Shown: positions 55,002-64,000 of the stretch, piece after piece | How the letters are laid out: each line of letters begins with the position of its first letter | Numbering within the stretch: position 1 is the first letter of the stretch | DNA from: Epiperipatus broadwayi | Lineage: Eukaryota; Animalia; Onychophora | DNA: 64,000 bases | Direction: 5' to 3' | Assembly (NCBI GenBank): GCA_028023455.1 | Contig: JAQFVV010000006.1 | Location: 17,174,001 to 17,238,000 of the forward strand | Notes under the pieces: generated by a model | Seen by the model: only the letters and a program-made list of their open reading frames with translations | Databases searched by the model: none | What the model was told of the DNA's origin: nothing | Translations under genes and position numbers: made by a program

Positions 55002-55289
55002 AAACAATGAGGATTGCCAATTCCTCAACAAGCTTTGTGATAAATGCTTAGCTAGAGAAAACATTTAAAATATTTCTGTCAGCCCCCCCCCCTCAATCTT
55101 CTGACCATGGTTTCATGCCCTGGCACTCCTCAGAGAGTTGCTGAACCTATCCTAGCACCTCTGAGGAGTGCCAGAGCATGAAACCATGGTCAGAGGTTGG
55201 GGGGGGTCCTGACAGAGATATTTTAAATGCTTTCTCTAGCTAAGCATTTATCACAAAGCTTGTTGAGGAATTGGCAATCCTCATTGTTT
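55002..55289. mobile_element. 288-bp near-perfect palindrome
   Basis: aaacaatgaggattgccaattcctcaacaagctttgtgataaatgcttagctagag ... exact reverse complement at 55226-55289; 11-nt loop gaacctatcct. Confidence 0.92.
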
Positions 55290-55657
55290 ATAACTTACAA
55301 GCTTAAGAGAATAGGATCATATGATCTATGACTCTTATTTTGACATATATAACTTTTTCAAAATACACATTCTCAAGATAGTTTTTTTTTAATGCTAGCC
55401 ATGAATTTCATTTTTTTTTTTTTTGTTTCATCTCAAATACAGAATTCATGTATATTAAATTCTTTATTGTAACTGAAATCACAAGTTTTTACTAATTAGG
55501 CTGCTTGCTTCAGTAAGCAATAAAACAGAAGTGGAGAAATACCATAAAATGTTAAATTTATTAAAATAATTTTTTTTTGTATCTTCTAACAAAATCGCAA
55601 ATTTAATAGAAGCTTTTCAACTAAGAAATGAATTTATAAAATTTTAACTATGTGAAG

Positions 55658-56112
55658 CAGAGGTGTCCAACCTGTGACTTGAGGTTCACGTGGCCCAGAA
55701 ATATGGTTAATACAAAATCATAAACTTATTTAAAACATTATATAATTTTTGTGTGTGTGATTAAAATAAACATATGTATGCACTCAAATATAACAAATAT
55801 TAACTAGTTTTATGCTTCCCTTTTACTTTTATAATTTAAAAAAATATCAAATATGTACATTTTCTATATTAGCGATTGCAAAGTTGGAACTACTCAAAGA
55901 TTTTAAAAGATTCTGAATGGGTCACTGCTTAATTAGATTATTATTTATAGATTATCTGTGTTGGTGGATATCACAAAAATTATGCATGGATTTTTTTTTT
56001 TTTTGTTTGTTTGATTAGCAGCTTTATGTAACGTTTGCATATTTAATGTGTGGTTCAAAACAACTATTCTTTTTGTAATATGGCCAATGATCCCAAAGAT
56101 TGTTCACCCCTT
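55658..56112. mobile_element. hAT-Charlie (MER30-like) non-autonomous element with internal insertion
   Basis: CAGAGGTGTCCAACC / AAAGATTGTTCACCCCT ends; flanks atgtgaag / atgtaaaa form a decayed 8-bp TSD. Internal blocks resemble the MER30 consensus as recalled. Confidence 0.7.
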
Positions 56113-56562
56113 ATGTAAAACAAACCAGAAGAATATATATATAAATTAAATCAATAACAGACAAACGCAGTCTTCTATTTTAAAAATAGCCCATTAATTT
56201 CAATATATATATACAAAACAAAGCACATGCAAACTTCTTTATAAATCTTGAGTTATTATATGAATTATTATGAAGTACAAAAAATAATCCATTTCGACTA
56301 TATTCTTTTATAGTCTTTATCAAGGAACAACAACTTAACGTTTCTAACAAATAATTTTTCTAACAAAGTTTTGTTTATTAGAAAAGTTTTAAGTTGTTCC
56401 TTGATAAAGATTATTAAAGAATATAATCGTAACGGAGTATTTTTTGTACTTTATAATAATTCATATAATATATAGAGCATATGAGCACAGACTTTCACAT
56501 AACCCACCACTCTCCACTCCATCTAATAATAATGATACACTTAAACACATATATGTTGAAAA

Positions 56563-56632
56563 GATAAATAATCATCAATATACATATTTCATGCTAAACC
56601 AGCAATCATCAGTTGGTCCAGATTATCATCTC
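56563..56632 (-). ncRNA. Type I hammerhead ribozyme copy (decayed)
   Basis: Reverse strand reads gataatctggaccaa CTGATGA ttgctggtttagcat GAAA tatgtata ttgatgattatttatc. Core intact; mismatches in stems I and II. Confidence 0.8.
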
Positions 56633-57042
56633 TACTCATATATGCTATAAGTGCTCAGATATATATTAAGATAGACAATCATCATACTTTAATGGACAGG
56701 CTTCAATCTACTCCACATTCCAACTCTTCAACCGTCCATCCAATTGAAAATCTGATGATGGAATGCTCAAAGGCCACACTGAGGCCGAGATTCTTGTCAT
56801 ACCCATGTTGACCTAAGGTCAATCTGAACCCCACATGTACAGGACATAATCCATTTAATATATATGCAAGGATGGGCAGATATCTCTACAATGTAATAAC
56901 TGAAACACAGGCTTATTATATATCTGGGTCTGGATGGACGGTTGAAGAGTTGGAATGTGGAGTAGATTGAAGCCTGTCCATTAAAGTATGAAGATTGTCT
57001 ATCTTAATATATATCTGAGCACTTATAATATATATGTGTAGA

Positions 57043-57110
57043 GATGATAATCTGGACCAACTGATGATTGCTGGCTTAGCATGAAATACGTATATTGGTG
57101 ATTATTTATT
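57043..57110 (+). ncRNA. Type I hammerhead ribozyme, best-preserved copy of the ~480-nt repeat
   Basis: ACCAA-CTGATGA(57061-67)-TTGCT GGCTT AGCAT-GAA-ATACGTAT-A^TTGGT. All core residues are present. Stem I ACCAA/TTGGT extends to GATGATAATC/GATTATTTA across a TGG bulge. Only the 10.1-11.1 pair is mutated (T.T). Predicted cleavage 3' of 57094. Confidence 0.88.
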
Positions 57111-58129
57111 TTTTCAACATATATGTGTTTAAGGGTATCAGTGTTATTAGATGGAGTGGAGAGTGGTGGGTCATGTGAAAGTCTATGCTCATATGCTCTA
57201 GATATTACATATATAGACACAGGTATATAATAAGCCTGTGCTTCAGTTATTAAATAATTCATATAATAAATCAAGATTTATAAAGAAGTTTGTTTATAGT
57301 TTGTTTTGTATATGTATAAATTATAATATTATTTAAATATAGGGGATTTACAATTAAGTTCCAGGTATAAGAATGTCTGTATTTCAAATATTATTTATCA
57401 AAAATTTCGCTGTTTTTATGTGCATCTATATGTCAGTACACAAACATATTTGGTACTTTTATTGTTGTGTGGATCCCATTAAACATCGTAACACACTTTT
57501 TTTCTATGAGGATTTGATTATCATTTATCACGAATTTATTATTTGTCCCTCTCCCCTCGTGAATTAATTAAGTGGGAATAGCAGATTAATACCGACATAA
57601 AATATTTGATATTTATGTACTCGCATGTATTTTTTATTATTATGGAAACGAATTTTTTTATTAAATGTAATTCATTTTTAGCGTAAAATGTATTATTTTA
57701 AATTACTTAGTTATATGTTATTAATTTTTCAACGTAGTTTTTTTTATTTAAATGTCCCCCCCCCCTCTAATCATTGTGAAGAATTGATTCAGTCTGATCT
57801 TCGAATTAGTTGATTTTTCTTTATTTATTATGCTTTAGAAAAAGTTAAACGCTCCTGACCTCTAGGGGAAGTTGAAGAAAATTAAAATTATTATGTAATA
57901 GCAATTGATAAATACCAGAAAACTTTATTGAGAGAATACATTACACAATGTTTTTAAATCAGTAGATGTTATAGAGCGTCTGCCGTTCTCTTTAAGACAG
58001 AGAAAAGGAATTCGTCTTGCTCTAGTTAAAGTAAATAATAAATATAAAAATCAAGGAACATTTTAATAATAATATTATAATTTTGAAAGAAAGAAAAAAG
58101 ATAAACTTATAAGTTAAGAATTAGTTATC

Positions 58130-59600
58130 ATTTAGTCCTTATCTCTTCATTGCAGGATGAATATTTCTTCAACCGTTATCTAGTCTTTACTATCAGTAAC
58201 TTAATTTACGTCGATCCAGAAATATTTATCTTTACATTCATTTTGCACTTGATCTCTTTCTAGATCTTTTATATAGTGTTGAGATAATAATTTCAATTCT
58301 CTATATATAAGTAATCCAACTTTATAGCAGTCTTTTGATTCTTTTAAGTTTTGTCTGTGATATCTATTCGTTTTCTCATTCAAGTATTCTTTCTTTGTTC
58401 CTCTCAAGTTATATTTCTCAACAATCTCAACTTTTTCTATTGCTTTTCTAAATTTATAAATAAAAACTGGAAATTATATTTACTAAAAAGCTTCTTTTTT
58501 ATGCAGGTAGCATATGTTCAGGTTTTTTCTTTATACTAAAAATACTCCATCCAAGTTTAACTCTATGATATATTTTCATCTATGTTAATAATGTGATCAA
58601 GACATTTATATAAGTTGTTCACTTTTTCTAAATTATTGTTATGCTATATTTTGCCTTTATTTGAAAAGCTTTTTGAACACCGCTGTATATTTTTTAGCAT
58701 TTATCTTTGATCCTACTTTCTTATTTTCATCTGATAGTTTTTGTTAACATTTCCTCAACTGCTAAGTGTATCATCTGCAAAATCTAGAGTCTTAAGATAT
58801 CTCTGTTTATTATTATTCCTTTAGTTTTCCAATTTAATCCACCCAATATTTTTCATAAAACTGCTGTAAAAAGTTTTGAAGATATGGAATTTCCTGGCCA
58901 TCTACTCTTTATATTTTGTTAGCCCACTTAGTAGTCTCATGATTGCTGTTCCATTTTGGTAAAATATTTTTGAGAATTTGAGACTAATATGAGACCCTGT
59001 TTTGATGTTCCAAAGCTTTATCGCCATTGAAATGCATATAGAGTCAAATGACTTCTTCATCATTACAAATCCAAAGTTTAATGGCAACTCATATTCATTG
59101 GCCCTTTTTATAATTTATTTTAATATTTGGACATGATTTATTATGCTAAAACCTCTTTCAAATATAGCCTTTTTTCGTTATTCTCAACCCAAAATTTTCT
59201 GTATATAAGTTACAATGATTTTAATTAAAAAAGTCTAGTGACTGATAGATCTCTATTTTTCAATATCTTTTTTTTCACTTTTTTTTAAGTATTCATATCA
59301 CTATTATTCATCTGGTATATCTTTAATATGCATTTATTTGGTTTATGGCTTTGCCAATACTAATTTGACTATTACTTTTCCATTTTTCACAGATTTGATT
59401 CCATGCATCATCTTCTTCATTTAAAATAATTCAAAGTTTTAAAGATGTAATTGTAGGAATATAGTTTTATTATAGAATTCTTTTGCACATTTTATGATAC
59501 CTCTTTTTTTTGTAAATAATAATGTATCCTTTTTATTTATTGCTAAAATAATATTCCTTCCATTATTAAAATGTTGCAGATTTCTGAGATTTTTTCTTTC
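58130..59600 (-). mobile_element. RTE-like LINE RT (decayed)
   Basis: ANEYELPLNFGFV..KKSFDS, GNSISSKLFTAVL, DFADD; RTE 3' terminus near 58140-58170. Confidence 0.85.
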
Positions 59601-59689
59601 TTGCAATTATTTTTTACCTCTGATTTTGTTCTCCCAAAATTTTGCAATCAAAATAACATGTTGCGCACAGTAACTTTTTTTGGGACTTT

Positions 59690-59915
59690 GGTATTTGATC
59701 TGCTGTGAAATATTACAGCGATAATTATTCCAACTTTGCGATCTTGTAAAATATATTGGATTGGGGGAGGGGGGCAATCACAATTATATCTTTATAGATC
59801 CACAAACCAGTGTCCACACACAGAATATCGAAAAATATTGGCATTGGACCAAATGGCGGAATAAAAAATGAACGTTGGCTGAATTTATGTGGAGGAGAAT
59901 ACACAAAGAAGAAAT
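59690..59915 (+). mobile_element. Merlin (ISXO2/IS1595-like) transposase relic
   Basis: One frame: NHNYIFIDPQTSVHTQNIEKYWHWTKWRNKK*TLAEFMWRR, matching the NH..F.DP.TG.HTQ.IE..W / EF.WRR motifs. Confidence 0.8.
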
Positions 59916-61115
59916 GTTATGCTTTCATTTCCATTTTGGAGGACAAAAAGTTCAGTCTGATCCACTGATTGCTTATTATTTTGATATTGGAGTAAAGAAA
60001 TTGATTGATTAAGTTTGTTCAAAGATTCTGTGAAGGCATTACTTTGTGACATTGCAAAGTTAGATATTTAACAGCAGGTCTAATACCAAAGAAACCTTTT
60101 TAAAAAACAAACAAACACACATTTAAACTGCAATGAGATCGCATTTTTCATGATGATACCAAAAATAACTTGCAATAAAATGTTTTTCTTTTTTTTAAAA
60201 AAAGCAATACCAGTATTATCTTTCAAAAGTAACCTTTATTAGTAAAACGATTACAAAAATTTTGGGTACACGTACCCATTGAGAATTACAAAGTGTTCAA
60301 TGTAACAGACAAGGTAAAACAATTATTGATTATATAAAGTAAATATATAAATTATATAAAGTAAATAAAGTATTATGAGTATTCATAGAGTATTAAAGTG
60401 CATAGAATGTTTACATTAACTTTTGCAGCTTACTCCCCTCACCCCAAATGTTTGTTAAGATTGGAAAGTTTCTGATACTTGTTTCAAAATGAAAAGCCTA
60501 TATCATCTTTTCAATGCATGAAACCCTGATATAAGAGTTGTTTATGAAGAGTAAAAAGGAAATTTGCACTTGGAATACATGAAGTGTGATTAATCTGATA
60601 AATTGCTTGTTTAATGTAGAAGACTAGATTTTTTAACAATTGAATGCCTTGATAAAATTATTGTAAGAAATAGAACTAAGAGAATAGTTTATCTGTCACG
60701 TTTATTTGAGATGGATTCATTGTTGTTTGGAGTAGTGTCAGATTAGCTGACTTGGTAGTCAAGGTCTATGAACTGTGGCCCAGCCTTTTACTTCCTATGT
60801 TTGAACTTAGCATGAGTTCCAGAGCAGTAAATCATTTGATCATTTATTTTGGATATTATTTATTAAGGTAGATTTAGACAGATCCACTTTATTTATTAAT
60901 CCCTTTTTCTAAAGTATCAATTTAACTAAATCATTTACATGTTGTTAATATTCGAGAGCTATGTTAAGCATTGGTGAATTCTGAAAATTGCAGATGAAAG
61001 TAAATAAATAAATCTTCAAGATTTTCTTTGCCAATAGTAAAATATTCTATGAATGTGAAAAATGTTGGTGTTCAACATCACAGAACTTTCTGAGCGTACT
61101 ATTTCGATATTTTTT

Positions 61116-61116
<1 letters not shown>

Positions 61117-61166
<50 letters not shown>
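61117..61166 (+). repeat. (AC)25 microsatellite
   Basis: Perfect dinucleotide run. Confidence 0.98.
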
Positions 61167-61169
<3 letters not shown>

Positions 61170-61935
61170 CCTCATCCATTTTATTTAACGTGCATTTAAT
61201 TTTTAAAAATCTGCACTAACAATAAATGCAAAGTTTTGTTTGTAATTATTTGGGAACATTATTTTATTTTTTTCAAAAAAACTTTTCTAAATTTCAAATT
61301 CTCAGAAATTGCATGATTGCTTTTTAATAACAAGCCGTCTCAAACTACTTATGGACAGAAATTAGTCATTAGTTTACATGACACTTGCCAATTCCAATAA
61401 TTGAGCAGTTGAAATGCTATCTTTTCTAAAAACCCCGAAATTATCTACAAGTGGAAAGAAAGAAGAGTTCAGGAAAAGAAGCTGACCAAAATAACTGTGA
61501 ATTAGTTTTCTTTGGAAGGTATAATTATCTTTAGGTCTTGTGATGTCCAGCTCACTTTGCTTTTCTTGGCCATTTTTCAAGAATTGAAAATAATGACAAG
61601 GAAATCATATTAAAAAGGGAAAGTTGATTTTATGATTATTTAGTTTTTTAAAAAAGAGAGGATAAAATCAAAATGTGTGCAAATATGTCTATGCTTAGAT
61701 AATGATGTATGTGTGTTCCTACATATAGAGAGTCTTGAAGCAAATGCAGTCATTAAGAAGAGTAATTTAAAATCGATTAAATATATGAGTGGTAACCAAT
61801 CTAAGAATTAAAATTATAAGAATTATTGTCCTTCAAAATCAGCTGTACGATAGATTGGGGCTTACGGATTAAAAAGACACTGAAATCCTGTAATAAAGTT
61901 TAAAAAAAAACGAAAAAAATCTATATAATCTATTA

Positions 61936-62055
61936 TAAATGTAGGGGATTTAAACTCAGACTTTTAAGCACCCTTAACTATCCGCACTATCTCACACAAC
62001 TGATACACATGACCATACACATATAGAAAAGATAAATAATCACCAATATACGTAT
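61936..62055 (-). mobile_element. Inverted partial copy of the hammerhead repeat, truncated at the ATACGTAT palindrome
   Basis: Reverse complement of 62112-62232; the arm ends in caccaatatacgtat. Confidence 0.85.
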
Positions 62056-62067
62056 TATATGTGTGGG

Positions 62068-62136
62068 AGATGATAATCTGGATCAACTGATAAGTGCTTG
62101 TTTAGCACGAACTACGTATATTGATGATTACTTATC
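62068..62136 (+). ncRNA. Type I hammerhead ribozyme copy (core mutated)
   Basis: atcaa CTGATAA gtgct tgttt agcac GAAC tacgtata ttgat. Perfect stem II with G10.1-C11.1, but G8>A and A15.1>C. Confidence 0.78.
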
Positions 62137-62547
62137 TTTTCTACATGTGTGTGGTCATGTGTATCAGTTGCGTGAGATAGTGTGGATAGTTGAAGGGTGC
62201 TGGAAAGTCTGAGTTCAAATCCCTTACATTTACAATTAAGCTCCAGGTTTGTGAAGAGTGCCTAGTTTTCAAATATTTACACATGAAGCTTGTATCCTGC
62301 CCATCCCTCTTCTATGCATTTAAATGGATAAGGTCCTATACATGAGGGGTCAGAGTGACTTCAGGTCAACATGGGCATGGCAATAATATTGGCATCAGCA
62401 TGGGATTTGGGCTTTCATCATCAGATTTTCAAGGATATGGTTGGCTGAAAAGTTGGAAGTTGGAGTAGATTGAAGCCTGTCCATTAAAGTGTGAATATTT
62501 GCTATCTTAGTATAAACTGAGCACTGATTATATATGTGTGTGTAGGA

Positions 62548-62608
62548 GATGATAATCTGGACCAACTAATGAGTGCTGGTTTAGCACGAAATATGGTGAT
62601 TATTTATC
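62548..62608 (+). ncRNA. Type I hammerhead ribozyme copy (core mutated, stem III deleted)
   Basis: accaa CTAATGA gtgct ggttt agcac GAAA tatggtgattatttatc. C3 lies at 62566, 479 nt downstream of C3 of the previous copy (62087). Confidence 0.75.
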
Positions 62609-62774
62609 TTTTCTACATGTTTGTGGTCATGTGTATCAGTTGTGTGAGATAGTGTGTATAGTTGAAGGGTGCTTGAAAGTCTGAGTTCAAATCCCTATAT
62701 TTACAGTTATGTTCCAGGTTTGTGAAGAGTGCCTGGTTTTCAAATATAATCTACTATGGAACTATCAAGCTCAC

Positions 62775-62876
62775 CCTGTCAGAGTGCTTTAAGGTCATAT
62801 GATTTTTTGAAGTAACCATACTGATGTTTTACTTCTAGTTGAACAGTGGTTGATAAAGGCAGAAGACCTAAGTTAG
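62775..62876 (-). CDS. Candidate 102-nt exon containing a stop codon
   Basis: ttatttcttctatttag|CTAAC...TGACAGG|gtgagc; NLGLLPLSTTVQLEVKHQYGYFKKSYDLKAL*. Confidence 0.3.
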
Positions 62877-63469
62877 CTAAATAGAAGAAATAATTGAATG
62901 CTTTATTGGTTGATACATGGTGGGACACTTGAATATTATAAACTTCAATCTAGGAGACTTTCATTTTGAACCTGCCATTATTGTTGCACTAAAATGCATG
63001 CGGTAGGTAGATAGAGTAAGTAGGTTTGGTAAAATGGCAACACTTAATTATCATCAGTAGTAGATTGCCTTTGCTTCTCATCCTCTGAATATTATTTATT
63101 CAAACACCGCTAAGCTGCAACAACAACAAAAAAGCAAAAGATTTATGGGTCTACAGTCCTTAGGGAATTAATCGTTACACATCAAAGTATGAGTTAATTT
63201 GTAGTACCACTTGTAATTGTGCAACAGTGTATTTAGTTCAGTATGGCTTTGGGCAATGATGATTAAACATTTTTAATTACTCATATATTACTTTGGATAA
63301 TGTAATAATTATAATAAGCCACTCAGAAATGAGTATGTCCATTCCAACTCCCCCCCAAAAAGGGAAGAGGGTAACTATTATAGACATGTTTTGGGATGAC
63401 TGTACAAATTAGTCCATGAAACACAAATACGTCCACATATAGAACATGATGTCCATTTTTCTGTTTACC

Positions 63470-63850
63470 TGATATTTTACAACTTTGTCTTTGAGTTTCT
63501 TCAGCAGAAGAGTTCTTTTCGAAATACTTTAACAGCGTGTATTCTCAGCCATATCTTCCCAATGGAATGACCTTGCACTTCCTTAGAATGTCTTTGAGAT
63601 AACTCTTATAATGTAAATGGGGTCTTCCTCTCCTATGAAGCCCGTACTCAAGTTCACTGTAAAGTGCCCTTTTATAAAATCCTCCATGACCAGTCCAATG
63701 AAGGTGTCATTTTACAATAGTAGACTCAATAGTATCCCAGCAAGCAAGCTGAAGAAGAACATATGGATTGGTTTTAGGATCATGGCATTGTATTTTTCAA
63801 GTTTTATGGAGGATATTAAAATGGAACTTTTCTAATGTCTTCAAACGTTT
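63470..63850 (-). mobile_element. RTE(BovB-type) LINE 3' fragment
   Basis: TIES..LHWTGH..ALYSELEYG..RGRPHLHYKSYLKDILRKC..WEDMA. Confidence 0.8.
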
Positions 63851-64000
63851 TAAATTTCAGTTCAATTTTTTAGATAATTTGGTTAACATAATTTTTTTTT
63901 TTACTGCCTGACATTTTAATAAATGTGAAGTTTTATAAAATAATTTATTTCATATAAATTTGAAAATAGATTTTTTTTATTTAGTAATCTTTTTAAACAA

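Larger units (their letters stand above)
56473..57200. mobile_element. Inverted dimer of the hammerhead repeat (270-bp arms 56473-56742 / 56931-57200)
   Basis: The arms are reverse complements, which explains the near-identical ORFs 56444+ and 57023-. The spacer 56743-56890 is itself repeat body. Confidence 0.9.
62056..62745 (+). mobile_element. Direct tandem (~1.4 monomers, period 479 nt) of the hammerhead-bearing repeat (putative non-LTR retrozyme)
   Basis: 62060-62265 recurs at 62540-62745. Monomer = HHR + tRNA-like A/B box segment (62153-62223, B box GAGTTCAAATCC) + ~300-nt body also present inverted at 56640-56890. Confidence 0.8.

Noticed and set aside
56444-57274. Two paralogous small proteins (ORFs 56444+ and 57023-)
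   Set aside because: They are the two arms of the inverted hammerhead-repeat dimer.

Overview
Very AT-rich eukaryotic (metazoan, probably arthropod) intronic or intergenic DNA with no complete, recognisable protein-coding gene. Most ORFs in the track are LINE reverse-transcriptase/endonuclease relics or chance frames in repeats. The window is densely populated with transposable elements: many RTE-like LINE fragments, L1/Tx1-like, Vingi-like and another LINE family, mariner, pogo/Tigger-, Tc2- and hAT(MER30)-like DNA elements, a Merlin relic, tRNA-derived SINEs and two ~290-bp near-perfect palindromes. The standout is a ~480-nt repeat present at five loci. It carries a type I hammerhead ribozyme with a palindromic minimal stem III, followed by a tRNA-like Pol III promoter, i.e. 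a putative non-LTR retrozyme or ribozyme-bearing SINE/satellite. It occurs as a direct tandem and, repeatedly, as head-to-head inverted dimers. A few isolated exon candidates and two CpG-retaining promoter-like regions suggest host genes that cannot be identified without tools.
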